64,000 bases of DNA, from positions 215,335 to 279,334 of the forward strand of contig BAAGAE010000030.1 of NCBI GenBank assembly GCA_054772095.1, given 5' to 3'. The notes beneath the pieces are model-generated. The model saw nothing but the letters and a program-made list of their open reading frames with translations. It searched no databases and was not told where the DNA came from. This document shows, one piece after another, positions 23,384 to 36,975 of this stretch. The position numbers and the translations under genes are program-made. This DNA comes from Chamberlinius hualienensis (lineage: Eukaryota). Within the stretch, counting starts at the first letter, position 1. Each line of letters starts with the position of its first letter.

Positions 23384-24815
23384 GTAAATTGATCATTAAC
23401 AATCTATAGATTCAACATTGGGGTCTTCATATTGTGATGCACGCCCATCATTTTCTTGTCGAGGTTGCTCATGTACGTTCAGTATTTCGAGTTTTTGGTT
23501 TATGTTACAACTTTCTGCTGGGCATACTAAATACCTACTGTACCTATGAAGAAAGATAACTCGTAACGGATAAGTAATGGAAAGTGAAACTTGGCAAGAA
23601 TGCTCAGCGTGTTTGTACTTGTACAAAAATATGCAGATAGTTTCTTTTACTCATAGTTGCATAATGAAAAACTTGAAACTTCGTGTTACTTACTTTGTTT
23701 CTTTTAGCTCATAAGTTTGTTTATCAAGGTTACTTGACAGGTGGAGTGTTTTGCTGAAGAAGTAACTTCTGTAGGGGGGAACACGAACTTGGAATTTAGA
23801 ATAGGAGAAGAAAGTTTTTGCCCTTTAACCTCATTATTCCGTCCCAAGAAAACTTTCATGTGGAAAAAAATTATAATTCAACATAAGACAAAAAAAAATA
23901 AAGAAAAGGAACTTGCACCTAGAATTCTTAGTTTTTGAACCGATTCGTATGTTCGTTAATCTGTAATACGATTAAAGTATTACTTGGACTTTTCAGATAA
24001 GATAAATTGCTGCGCCTACACGTTAGTTTTAAAACTAAATCATTCACAAATATAATTTTTATTCAAGAAACGTCGGTCACTCCGGTTTTCACAGTGCTTA
24101 TTGTCGTCGTCAGGTGGCAGTTTGAGAATGGATTTTTCTGTCTGCACAGTATAGGAACTTAGGAAGGAAAGAACTATTTTTCAGTGTCAAGGTTAGAATA
24201 GGAGGGGTGTTTAAATAGCGCGCCGAGACAGTGGGGTCAGTAAAATTTTTCAATAGGTCAAGGCTATTTTGTATTTTTTGCACTCTTCGTCTTGGATTCA
24301 TTTAACACGTAATTCACCCTCATCGCGATTAACAAAAGAGGTCTTTTGTGGCCTTAACGACACCTTTATTTTTTTTTTGTTGCAATTGTTAACTACTCAC
24401 TAAGGGGTCCCTTTATTTAATAGCTTAGGTGGCCCATTGGCCCAATTCTAACCTCTCGCACAACAACTATGTAGGTAAAACAAAGAGAGAGATGTGTCTA
24501 GTTGGCGCATTAATTTTTTTATTATTTATTCGACAAAAGGTTTAGAATGGATTTTAATTTTTCTCGAGGGCTGGAAAATTTAATTACATGGAATATGATA
24601 ATTAAAACGTCGTGTAAAGTTTGTTATTGCTGAAACGAATTATGAAAAATGATGATGTATTTTTTATTAAACTGTATAATAAACCAAAATAGCTCTTAAA
24701 CGAATAGTTTTATTACTCGAAAAGAGAGTTCATTTCTTTTTTTTTATTTTTAAATTTAACCTCTGTATTTTATTATTATTCAAATTTAAAGTCGAATTGT
24801 TGGAATATTTTGTAG

Positions 24816-25055
24816 TTTGAGGCTACGTCTTTTGTCGTTTGCCCGAGGTGCCGCAGCGTTGCCGTAGGTTGGGAAGTGCGATCAGACGACCATGAGTGTT
24901 TCCATTCCGAGACCCCGCCTCCTGTGGACATTCAGGAAGTAATGACCGGTATCCAGATTATTCAAGATTTTGTGAAGTCCGATGAGGAGCAGACATTGTT
25001 AACTAATATGGAGCAGTTTCCTTGGACACAGTCGCAGTCAGGACGAGTAAAACAG
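24816..25055 (+). CDS. ALKBH4: ALKBH4 exon 2 (...VAVGWEV...IQIIQDFVKSDEEQTLLTNMEQFPWTQSQSGRVKQ)
   Basis: Matches human GWAVGTEESDFEGWAFPFPGVMLIEDFVTREEEAELVRLMDRDPWKLSQSGRRKQ. Acceptor tttgtag and donor gtttga. The 5' boundary is less certain. Confidence 0.65.
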
Positions 25056-25162
25056 GTTTGAATGGCTTTTAATAATATTTATCTACGAGGAGATCAACTA
25101 CTTTATTGGCTTTCAGCAAAAAAATAAAACTTGTTCTTTTTTTATGACTATCTGAATTCTAG

Positions 25163-25681
25163 GATTTTGGACCAAAAGTTAATTTTAAGAAACAAAAAAT
25201 TCGGTTAGAATCATTTGAAGGGTTTCCAAAGTACATGCACTTTGTCAGCGAAAGATTCAAGGATGTACAGTTTCTTCAGGACTTCAGACCAGTTGAACTT
25301 TGCAATTTGCGTTATATACCTGAGCGCGGCTCGGCCATCGATCCACATCTGGATGACAACTGGTTATGGGGTCCACGATTGGTTACATTAAATCTGGCTT
25401 CTGCCACAGTTATCACGCTTTTAAGTCCTCCGACAAATAGTGATGGTAAGCGAACGGTTTTAAGGCTAAGTCTGCCTCCTAGATCGCTTTTAATTTTAGA
25501 CGGTATTGCGAGGAATTTGTGGGAACATGCCATATTTAGAGAAGACATAAAAAGTTTAAGAGTGGCCATTACCTGGAGAGAACTGTCTCGTGAATTTACT
25601 TTCGGTGGTCAGCAGGAATCTCTAGGCACTCAGTTGTTAAACAGAGCCCAACATGTGATTGATACGCCATGTCATAGATAG
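25163..25681 (+). CDS. ALKBH4: ALKBH4 terminal exon, containing the 2OG-Fe(II) dioxygenase catalytic core
   Basis: DFGPKVNFKKQK...FRPVELCNLRYIPERGSAIDPHLDDNWLWGPRLVTLNL...LPPRSLLILDGIARNLWEHAI...ITWRELS matches human DYGPKVNFRKQK...FRPVEQCNLDYCPERGSAIDPHLDDAWLWGERLVSLNL...LPARSLLVLTGAARHQWKHAI...VTFRELS. TAG stop at 25679-25681. Confidence 0.9.
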   Translation, partial: DFGPKVNFKKQKIRLESFEGFPKYMHFVSERFKDVQFLQDFRPVELCNLRYIPERGSAIDPHLDDNWLWGPRLVTLNLASATVITLLSPPTNSDGKRTVLRLSLPPRSLLILDGIARNLWEHAIFREDIKSLRVAITWRELSREFTFGGQQESLGTQLLNRAQHVIDTPCHR

Positions 25682-27504
25682 CTTTCTGGTCAGCATTACA
25701 ATCTGAACTTTAACCTTTTTTATGTTGTTAAAAATAAACAGTTGACTTTTATATTTAAAAAAAATTACTTTTGTAGTGGAAGCATATTTGTCTATCAAAG
25801 TCAGCGTTGGATGAACTTTTTTGAAGTTCACTGACTGAACGAGAGAGAATGACCCTTGGTCATCTGTGGAGGTTGTTATATCGGATGGTGTAGAGAATTA
25901 TGAGAAAATGGCAGTGGGCAGATGATTAAAGCGGAAGTGGAAATTTTCGAAGAAAGGTGAGAGGGCTTGTTACGAAAAACTTTACTCTTTTAACTAAACT
26001 AAAAGAAAGAGTTGGAGAAAGTTGGTTGAAAATAATCAAGCGTGCGAGAGGAGGGAATTGGGGAACAAGTGGAAAGGGGGTAGAACAAATGAGCAAACAG
26101 AATAAGGCAACCTTTGAACTTTGATAGCCAAATCGTAGTCAGAAATCCTATTATTATCGTGCTTGAGTTCCAACATTTACGCCAAAAAATAACTAATTTA
26201 ATAATTATAACTTGACGTTTCCGCATTTACACACGCGCGAGCGAGTTGCTTAAAACTCAAAAGACAAATTTTTGTTTATAAAGGAGTTTATTTTTGCAAA
26301 ACCTTCTCGCTTACCTATTTTAAAACAAACTACAGGTACAAGTTTATTTTTTACAGTGCTGTGAACAGAGAATAAAACAAAAGAAAAAAAAATGTAAAAA
26401 AAAATTGATTGGCGCCACATAATTAAACTTCATTTACGCGCCGTGCTGAAGATGTTACAAAATATCTCAGCTCGTCTTTTATCCTTTTTTTTTTCTTTTT
26501 TTTCTTTAACGTGAAATTTGGAATTTAATTTTTCTGATGTAAACCCGCGCTCTTTTAAAACAGACATACAAGGTTGAACATACTGTAAGTAAAATAGCTA
26601 ATAGAAACCATTTAAAGTCACGAGGATCCATATACGAGTACAGTGCATATTATCTAATGAGATTTTTAATTCTTAAAACCCGCTTTTATAGTTATTCCTA
26701 CATTGAGGTATCATTATTGGGCACCAACGAGTCCTGGGGTGAGGGGGATAATCGATTTCATGTAAAATGTTAACTTTTATTTAACTTGCTTGCTGTGGTA
26801 TGAAATTGATTTCGATCAATTAAAAATAAATTAATGTAAAGTTTTTTTTAGTAACAAAACTTTTACCAAACAGAAATTACTTGTCGAGTGGATTAACAGG
26901 TGTGTGGAAAAATATATAGCAGCTATTTGTTTGTTCTTAAATATTGTGAGAACATTTTTTTTGCTTATCGAGCCTAACACCTATTTATTACGTTATTTGT
27001 ATGGGAAAATTATGCTTTGACGTGAGACTTGATTTTCTACAAGTAATTATGTCGTAAGATGGAGGACTGGCTGATAATGATCCTAGATTGATTACCATCC
27101 TCAACTCCTTCCTCAATTTAAAAAGTTGAAAGTCGATAGTTGTAAATGGAATCGAGAAAAGAAAATCCAATCTGAGATAGTCTGTGTGTGTACGTTGGGT
27201 TGTCTGGCGTGAGATGGGAACGTGGCCCCTCATTCTTCCAAAACTTCCTTTTTTTATTTTCCAAAGTTGAATTGATGTCAAAGGTGAAACCTCTGATTCT
27301 CTCAACTACTCACGATTGTCCTTTTAAAAAAAAAACTGAAAAAAAAGTACAATGATAGACTCAAGTGTCGCCTATTCGATTTTGATTGGAGATTACAAAG
27401 AAGAGGCATCGATTAAAAGTTGGATAGAAAGACTTGAGGAATGATTTGTGTAATTTTTGTCTCCCCCCCCCCAGAGTTTAAACCTCCCTCCAGGTATTTA
27501 GTAA

Positions 27505-27575
27505 GAGTGGGGGGTGATGATGGGTGGTTGGGTGCACATCAGTGACCTCGTGGTTCGATGACCCTGAAAATACCC
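27505..27575 (+). ncRNA. Candidate C/D-box snoRNA-like element (C box gTGATGA at 27515-27520, D box CTGA at 27564-27567)
   Basis: GC-richer island in AT-rich DNA. RUGAUGA and CUGA are about 45 nt apart. The terminal stem is weak, so this is only a motif-level call. Confidence 0.15.
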
Positions 27576-30500
27576 TCAAAAGTGAAAGTTTTTTCTTGTT
27601 TTTTTCATCTCTCCCTGACTTGAATACTAAGGTCGTTGACTTATCCTTTCAAAAAGTCTTCCTTCATTTACAGCAAGAGATAAAGGGGTGTGGAAAGTAG
27701 TGGGGGACCAACTTCTTGATTGCTTCTCAATACTACTTTCACTTCCCCCTTCGACACCTCATCTTTGCTCGAAAATTGCCAGTACATTTTTTGAAAAAAA
27801 AAGATTTTTTTTCTTATACTTTTGTGGAGTGGGAACTTTTTGGAAAAGAGAGAGTTGAATTTAATCTCTGAAAGACATTTCTATCAAGTTGACATTTAAA
27901 ATTGAATTGACGACGCTAAAAATTAATTTTTCTCGTTTTACCTTCAGCGATATTTAGCTACATTTTTTTGAGTCCTCAATTAATCACGTCTAAAAGTCAC
28001 GTTTTTCGATTTCTAGAAAATTAACAGAAAATTAGATCTCTTGAGAGATTTTAAATATTTTGCAGTTAATTCCAGTGAAATTATTTAATTTTTTCTCTCT
28101 TGTGTTTTTCACGGCGCAACTAGCATAACATTATAAGTTCGATTATACAATGTTGATTACATATTAGTAGTGATTAAATTTAATCTGCTGTGAAGCAAAT
28201 TTCGGACTTGAGGTAAATTAATGTTGCCGTGAAATCGCTTTATGCATGACCGAAATGCTAACAATTTTTATCATTATGCAATTTAATGCGTAGTTATGTA
28301 GTATGCGATTTTTTTTTATATATGCCGGAAACGTAACGTTAGGCCAGCTATTCGTAATAACAGCCGTCGCAAATGACCACACTTTTCGCCGTGTCTGTTC
28401 GATGACCATGAGTTTTTCCGTGTTATGACCATTTCATAATAAATGTATAATCATGATGGAGGTCGACGACCTTTTCAATTGGGATTATAATGATTATATT
28501 TTGTTTTCAAGACTATTAACGTTTCTTATAATTCGGTTTGTCGGCATCATATGGCGGGATATAATGAGCGACAATAAGATAATTTTATTATTCTCGTTAA
28601 TTACACAAACTAATATGAGCAAAGTTGCAGTATGTTTATTTCATTGATGTGCTTAAAATTAACGCATAAATATTAACTTTAATAAACTGTTAATTTATAA
28701 TGATGAAATTGGGCAATATTTCGTGTTTTGAGCTGAAGCACTTAAAATTTTTAACGATTTTTATTGAAAGTAATTCGTGTGGGTATATATTTTTTTTCTC
28801 TCTCTATGACGCAAACAATGTGATAATCCAGGCGTTAACTGATAAATTAACTATTAGGTGAACCTGCCACTTTCTCTGCAACCTATTTAGATAAATAATC
28901 GAGAGATACAGTACCTACCAAATGTATGGTATGGCTCGTAATTTATAAATTAAGAACTTTTCAATGCCATAATTTAATTTTTTTAATAGGAAAACGAGGA
29001 AGTTTTATGTTTGACAAATTTTATTGTTTTATTTCTGAAATTTAATCGAGAAGAGAAGAGAAATGAAATTAATTGTTAACGAATCGCTTCCCATATGTTT
29101 GGATCAGATTCGACATTCATTGCGAACTCATCGCTTTCAATTTGTCACAGTCTGGTTGAAAGATCAAATGTGTGTGTAGGCATGTTGGCAAGTATCATTG
29201 AAGGGGGAGGGTTGGGAAAATGAATCGCATATCTTTTATGAATTAAGAATGTTTTTGAACGTCCTTGCCTAGGGTCTCCCCATTTCCACCTGGCCAAGGT
29301 CGTTCATCTTCTTCCTTACATAAACTCCTTTAGATTTTGACGTTTAGCATGGGCTGAACCGACTCCCACCCCTTTGAATGGCATTTTAATTACGTCATTC
29401 TCGCCATCAAAAGCTTATCTGATCAATGGATCAGACGAACCATATTTGTAAACGTCGAGAGGGTTTTTAAACCCGTTTTATCTCAATTACAACTGGTTGC
29501 CACTTGCAAAACCACGCCTAAAATGTACGTCATTATCCGCCAATTTTTTTTTTGGGACATTTTAATATTAATGAAGGCAATACGTAACTTAAACAACATA
29601 AGACAAAAATGCCTGTGTTTGTGGTTTAATTGATGTTGTTTTAATGGAAAGTTTTGTAGTTATAGATAACGAAAAGATAATAGAATTACTTTTGATGTAG
29701 TTTTTTAACGCTGTAGTAATTATAATTTAACTTGAGATAGTGAGTATACGTGTAACCTTTCTAGAATCGAATTGTAATTTTATCGTGTTTTCTTAATAAG
29801 AGTTTGGCAACATTTGTAAGTGCTAATTTAGCATTTAAGACATGCATATATTCTGTGGTCTAATAACAAACAATTGAAAATTACAGAAACTTAAAACATT
29901 TTTTTTTTTTAAATTACTCGGGCCACTTAGTTCATCCAGTTTTTTTTTCTTACATTACATTCCAACTTAATGAGAAAGTTAGTAGTAGCAATAGCGCCTA
30001 ACATAAAGGGTTAATGTAAATTAAACAGGATTTGCAGCTGTTAAATTTTTAAAATGTTACAGGCCAATGGAATGGAAAAGTTTCTTTGATAAATTTGAAA
30101 ATCAGACTCTTTACTCTTTTAACTTAAAACACAAACATCAAAAAAAAATTGTATAATATATATTTAATTGGCAATTTACTAAGAAAAAGTTGTTTAAATT
30201 AAAAGTGACAAGCAGACTTGCTAAATAAAATTAAAAAAAAGTAAAATTTCATACTCAAATTACTCGGTATTAAACTTTATTTTCGTCGTTATATCCAATT
30301 TATTTATTTATTTTTTTTTTGTGAGGGAAAAGGGTATGCCCAAGACGATAACCGTTTTGTAAACTCACTGGTCTATCAATAGAAAATACTGAAGGAGACA
30401 CTGATTGAGTTCAAATGTTAGTCATAAATGGCATTATGCAGTCGTTCAACGGTTGAATAGAAAGCGTTGACATAGCGCGTTTAAAATTTGAAATTGAAGT

Positions 30501-31457
30501 TTATTTATACATACAAAGTTGTAGGTTATAATTGAGGTCAGATGACTTTATGGATATGTCAGAATAACCGTAATAACGGAGATGATCATATACATAGATG
30601 TGCGTCACGGACACTTAGCGTGTGTCCTATATAGTAAACATGCGATTGCTCTAGAGGCTCATGTGTGGGGGGTAACTATTGTTTATATTTAGTGGACAGT
30701 GTAGATGAGTGTCACTACTCGACCGAGAGGAGGTTTAACTGTCTTATTGTTGTCGCTGCTGCAGGAACCACCAACCGAGACAACTTCCAGTTTTTACTTT
30801 CATCTCTCACAGTTTGACATTGAGTGCGAGACTTGTCATTGGACAATTAGTTCCGAATGCTGTCGAATTACAGCAACCATTTTCATCGATAAATATATTA
30901 TCAGCTGTGGCATCGTACACGCTCACTCTGAATTTTGTATTGAGAAGTTAAACTCTTTTAACTTCACTTTTACGCTGCAGTGACACGTGACTATCTACTT
31001 TTTATTATTATTAAGAAGTAGAAGAAGAAGAAAAAAAAAATGTTAAAAAAGGCCAATTTAGACACGCCAGAATTTTTTATTAGGGTATTTCAATAAGATA
31101 TTAAAGCCAAAACTTTTTCTTTCTCAACTTTTTCATATTTCATGAGAGTTCAAATAACTGCATGAAATTTTTTGGGTATAAAAATAGCATCTGAAAATGA
31201 ACGCTTGATAACGTCGTAACGAGGGTGTTATTTCTAGAGAAAAGTAAACGGGAAGAAATTGATGGGAGTGGATATTGTATAAACAGTTTGTTAATTAAGG
31301 CCATTCTTAACCATATATAGTTGCCCTCTCGCATTTCTTCAACTTAATTTACGTTGTTAATTAATTTTCTTCTCGAAAGATAAAACGAGTTGATCGTCAT
31401 TAAGGAAGAATACTTAAATAAAACACCGACCTGTAAGTGAGTGAGTGTGGGGAAGAG

Positions 31458-31460
31458 GGG

Positions 31461-31509
<49 letters not shown>
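31458..31509. repeat. (GA)n microsatellite flanked by G-rich tracts
   Basis: gagagagaagagagagagagagagagagagagagagagagagagagagagga, read directly. Confidence 0.9.
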
Positions 31510-31511
<2 letters not shown>

Positions 31512-34500
31512 GAGGACGGGGGGCGGGGGGAGAGAGAGGGAAAAGTTTTACCATTTTCTTTTCGCTTTCACTAGGTGGTTGTTATGGCACGCAGGCCATT
31601 GCCCTTTACCTGTCCATCTCCATCTTATAGATATGTTTGTTAAATATAAATAAACAACAATAACTTCTCTCATTGTTATTATTTCAGGGTCGCGTTTGTA
31701 TTATTTTGCCTGAATTGTAGAATTTTTAAATAATACTTTCATACCCACATTTTTGGTTTTAAAAAATATTTATATAAAAAATTGGCGACCGGAGGTGAGT
31801 CATAAGAAACTTTGGAAGAGAAAGTGAAAACAATCGTCTCATTCTTGAATTCGTGAGCTTTGTACATGACCTTAACATTTGTTCATTTTTTTCCCCAAAT
31901 TTGAAGAAGACAAGAAAAAAATATAGAAAAGCCAAAACAAATATAATGTGTCCACTTAACTACACGTATATACAGTATATATATAATTTTTTTTATTGAT
32001 GAGACTGTTCATTACTGCATCATTAGTTAGCTAATTACCCGCGGATGTTTTGACATAATAGACGGAAGTCATTTCTGGTACTTGTATGTACTCAATAAAA
32101 CAACAGTAATTAAAACTTGAACAGGAGAAAAGATGCTTAGAATCTTAATGCCATATAAGAGGGGAGGGATGATCTGAAAATAGGATTTGTAGCAGGAACT
32201 TATCTATTGAATGCCACTTTCGGAGCAGTCGAAAGACAATTACAAACAAAAAAAATGTTTCAAAAAATTAGTAGGAAGAAACATTTCAATGTTACAACAC
32301 AGTAGGACAAAAACAGGAATAGAAACAAGTTAAAGAATTTAAATTATTTGGAAGCATTGACACTGGACTGAATTAAGTTTTTGTCCGTTTTAAGTCGTTT
32401 TTTAGACTACTATTACCAGCAATTGTGAGATTTATCAAAATATTATAAGTAAAAACATGTTTTTAGCAATACAACTAAATGAATTAAGATGGAAAAGGTG
32501 GGTTTCCATTCACTGCATCATTCAATGTTGCATTGATGGCGTTGTCATTAATTTTTGACTATTATCATTTCCGCCACTATAAGGAAACGACAACTCCAGT
32601 TTTCTTTTTATTTATGATATGAACTTAAATTTTGTGGGAGTTGAATAACGATTCAAAATACCATACTTGTTGTGTGGCATTGTTCAGCGCCTTTTTGTGA
32701 TGACGTGTTTACCTTTTTTTTGATTTGATTGTGGGCGTCTTTTTCTAATTAAAGGGTCAAATTGAACGGAAAAAAGTAACCAGATGTCCATATATGTCGT
32801 TAAATGATACGTTGGTCTTTCATGATAAATTGTACGTTTTAGTTGACCATGTAATTTGCTTTTTAGAGGTCATTTAAAAGATTGGAGAAAAAGAAATGGT
32901 CAGTAAAGGATAAAGCCGTCATTTCGTCCCCTGGTTTCATGTAATAAACGAAAGTATTACCCACCTTTTTAAATTACGATGTAAAAAGCAAATTGCCTTA
33001 TTAGTAGAAAGAAGATATACTATGGAATTTAAGGTTGTTTTAGGTTTGAAAGGCAGAAGATACTATGTAATCGAAAAATATTTGAAACTTTTAGAATTAG
33101 TAATTGCAAACTCGTTTAAATTTTTGCTGTCGTATTCCGCGTAATGATGAAAAATTGAAAAATTGGCAATTGTTTATCTAGTCCGCCATTTGTGGTGGTT
33201 GTTGCTGTTGTTGTTGTCCTTGCTACCAATTGCACTTGCAGTCACGCTACAACTGTTTTGCTATTATTATTTTTCGTAATCGCCAAGAATTGCAATTGTA
33301 AATATGATTGTTAAGAATAAACCAAAAGTGGTTTTACCAGTGCCTGATTTTATCTCGTTTAAATTTTAATTGGTTCAAGTAGAAAGGTGAACATAAATCT
33401 AACTGGTTTATTAATTTATCATTGTTCGCCATCAATTCATTTTTAATAGCATATTTATTGGCCAGGAAAGAATTGCAGTAAAAGAAACTTTTTCTGCAAT
33501 AGTGCATTTGAAGTGTTAAAATGCTATTTTTTTCTTCCCCAATAAATCACCTCATCATCATTGTAAATAAGTTTCTCGTAGATTCGAGATAGTTGGAGTA
33601 TAATTTTCTGTTTAACACCAATGGTGGGATTGTTTACTAATCGTTAACGAGGTGTCATTATTGCAATAAATGAGCAAATTGCCAGAATGGCAATCGCACC
33701 TTGTTAGTTTAAACAGAAATTAATACCAAATGTCTATAAAATTAGCTGTTTAAAGAGATAATAAACACAAAAGCATCTTTTGCATTTGTTTTAATTTTTA
33801 TACACAAGGTTGAATGCCCCGGCATCACTGCGCTCAGAGTGGTAAAGTGGCAGGCTGGTAGCAGCCAGCATTTTTTTAAAAAAGTCATTTTTCTTCCAAC
33901 TCAAGAAATGTATAACTTATGTGAAAATAAATCGAGTTCCCCCCACGTCAAGCGTGAAACAATAGCTAGTCTTACACCAACTTAACCTGACCAGAAAACG
34001 TTGCTAACGTAAACCGATAACAACGTCAAAGTGTGAGAGATGTTCTCTGTAGGAACCTAACTTGCAAGGTAGAACAAGTACATAGAAGGTAAACGAAATA
34101 GCGATTGGCTAAGAAAACGTAATGCAATGTCACATGACCCGGCAGTTCAGGAAGGCGTGGAAATATACGCCTACAAGTAGGATTAGCTGGAGTTGCATTT
34201 GCTTGATGTTTCAACATCGTTGTGGAATCGCACAGGTGGGCGAAGTGGTTTTTCTTGATTACATTGAAAGACGAGGAAGAGCAAAGAATAGGATTTGATT
34301 ATTAGTGTGTGCCGTGTGTTCAAATTATAAAACAACAATTTTATGAAGGAGAAGCTTTGACATGGTAGACATACATTTAATATGGGTAAGTTTTTCGTAA
34401 AGGAAAAAGTTTTTTTTGAATGATGTTCAGGTTGACGTTTGTGAACGTACAACGGTGACGGCATTTGGTGGCTATTTCAACGGTTTGATGTGTTACGCCA

Positions 34501-35642
34501 CGCGGCATGGAAAGTTAAGGGGGTTCACCGTACTCATTTGGTTACGAGTTTCGAATCATGAAACGGAAATGGGGGTAGACAACAAGAATGGATTGTGGAC
34601 TATACCGAGTTGAGAGGTAACGGCCTTTCGTATTGGACAGTAAATTAGCTCAAATAGTAAAAACTATAAAAGAAGTATTTTTTTTTGTTGAAACGTTGTC
34701 TCCATATCCACTCAAACTCAAGTCGTTGCAGTGACCTCGCAACCTACTTAACGGATAATTGTTTATTGTATAACGTTATGAAGTACACAACACGGTATTT
34801 CGTCTTGATTTGGAATCCGTATATAGAAGTGGTTGGGTTAATTGCCGAACAGTAAAAACAATTGCCCTCTTTTGACGGCTACCAGCGCTTTCTGAGAAAA
34901 TACAATCGCAAATATGTAACAGAAATAATCTTAATAGCAACAGGTGTGCTGTGCGCGTGTGTGTCTAATCGCGAGTGGGAAGCAAAGGGCCGCAACTTCG
35001 GTATAGTAACCAAAATGAGTACAGTTTACCATTAAAAAAAATTCGATGAAATTGGACACCAAACAATGTCACCGTTGTCTAAATCGTGTCATTTCGTTTG
35101 ACAATTAGGAAAACAACTTTTTATAAAAAGTAATTTTTATAAAGTCTTGTTTACAAATCATTAAAATTCCCAAAAGTTCACGTAGGTGTATTTTTGAGCT
35201 ATATCTCGTTTCCTCTTAACCTCACTTTGAAGGACTAATACAAACATTTCTAAAGTGTGAATTTGTGATCTAGTTTCCAAGGTTGGTCAGTGCTATTAAT
35301 TGCAGTTCAATCGATAGAGTAAGGGTAGGGCGATAGATTGAGAGAGAAAAAAGAGAGGGGTCATCAGTGGACAACCCATCGGCCTCGTTCGTATTAATAT
35401 TCATAGACGTCAGCAAAATATTTCAATTAAATTTATGCTAGAAACATTACAAATTGCCATCACGATTCATTGCGACCTAGGCATTTGTCTATCACGTAAT
35501 TAACATTAGAAATGCATTGCACGCATACTTAGCTTTTTTATACTTTTTTCCTGCAACTTAAACTGGTTATAATTTACTCACTTGTCGATCAGTTCTTGAA
35601 ATTTCACGCATTTATAGCTTTTATGATCAAAATGCCGGGGTG

Positions 35643-35650
35643 TGACGTCA
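35643..35650. promoter_or_regulatory. Perfect CRE palindrome TGACGTCA (CREB/ATF-type site)
   Basis: gtgTGACGTCAgtg. One of three perfect CREs within 1.4 kb. Confidence 0.35.
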
Positions 35651-36156
35651 GTGAACGCCATTTTAGTACCGTATTAATGTTAGCATTTAAATGTTATGTT
35701 TGTATTTAAAAAGTATTCGAAAAATGATTTAAATATTTTCTTGAATGACTGTACATTGTTTAAATATGAATGTCGACGTAGGATGCGATTACCACAATTC
35801 GTTGGTGATTGCAGAATCATGAAACCAGATTTAGCAGCGTTTCGATAGAATTTTATTTATGACTAGCTAAGAAACTTATGTGGTTTCGTTGAAAGAGTCA
35901 AAATATGTTGTACGTCGGTGTGAAACTAAATTAGGTAGGGTTAGACATTGTATCGTGATGTATGGGCGACACATTGACTTGTGCCAATTTTGGTTTTGCA
36001 TTGATTGAAACAAGTAGGCTAATGTAACTTCTCATTCATTGGCTATTATTTAGTAAACCTCTACACAAGTTGTCAATTCAGTAATCAAGACAGATTTTGA
36101 GAACTATATAAGTTTAATTTTACGTGACCATCTGGTCTGCATATTAATAAATTGGA

Positions 36157-36164
36157 TGACGTCA
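36157..36164. promoter_or_regulatory. Perfect CRE palindrome TGACGTCA
   Basis: ggaTGACGTCAgtatg. Confidence 0.35.
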
Positions 36165-36967
36165 GTATGTCAAGGGTTAACACGGTCTAAAAAAGATAAT
36201 CGTAAGTAAAAATCATGACTTTTATATTGTTTTAGCCAACTTATATTAGTAATTTAGTCTATACAGTAATATATACAGCTTAGTTCGTGATTTACGATTA
36301 TAATTGGAGGTCGTGAAACTTCATGTTTGTCTTTTATCCTTAAACGACGTCATTTTCTTTAAAGATTTCTTCCTGCTCGTGATATATTTTGCGGCCGATG
36401 ACGTCTTTTATATTTGGCAGCTTATCAATCTGCAGTATCTATAGTCTATTTTGTAATTGCAATGTAGATTATGTGTTACTGCTTTAGGAAGAAAGTTATT
36501 TACCCCCTCTGTTAATTGCTATCTATTTCCGTATTATTGTCTTCATTATATGATAGCGATTTTCACAGCTTATGCGTATGAATTGAGGCGCAATTTGGCC
36601 TCATTGGACATTTCCGCCAAAATTAGAACGACACTTAGGCTATTTTATTTTGAGCATATTTTGAATGTGATCTACATTTAGAAGTTAGCACCTGGTCAAA
36701 ACGACCTTAGTTGGACTCATCGAAGCGTTATCTCGACCCATTGTCCTACATTCGTATGAGAATGAGGCATCCTTTTCATAATATTGTTTTACAAATTATT
36801 ATAAATGCGGTCAGCATTAATAACCGGATTGCAATTAAAACAAAGATGTTCAGCGGTAATTTAGAGTCTAACATATGCGAAATGATTAAATGATTAAGTA
36901 AGTTGCGAAAATGGTCAATTAGACTAATCTGTTTGTCCATCCATTGGCCTTGTGGTTAAAGTATCAA

Positions 36968-36975
36968 TGACGTCA
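36968..36975. promoter_or_regulatory. Perfect CRE palindrome inside the 10-bp palindrome ATGACGTCAT
   Basis: atcaATGACGTCATgcaa. Additional 7/8 CRE-like sites lie at ~36345 (CGACGTCA), ~36398 (TGACGTCT) and ~37302. Confidence 0.35.

Noticed and set aside
23741-23938. 65-codon ORF inside ALKBH4 intron 1
   Set aside because: No similarity to ALKBH4 (the expected region is covered by the 24816 exon). Lys-rich low-complexity tail.
27525-27555. tRNA-like T-loop motif GTGGTTCGATGACC
   Set aside because: No acceptor stem, D-arm, A box or anticodon arm could be folded around it. It lies inside the candidate snoRNA-like patch instead.
29090-29450. Possible MITE-like inverted repeat (ccatatgtttggatcagattcg … ggatcagacgaaccatat)
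   Set aside because: The two ends are direct-similar rather than reverse-complementary, so it is not a convincing TIR.
30705-30983. 92-codon + ORF (MSVTTRPRGGLTVLLLSLL…)
   Set aside because: No recognisable homology, no splice signals and atypical composition. Probably a chance ORF in the desert.
34530-34570. GAGTTTCGAATCATG resembling a tRNA T-arm or SINE
   Set aside because: The flanking sequence cannot form a cloverleaf and has no B-box consensus (GGTTCGANTCC).
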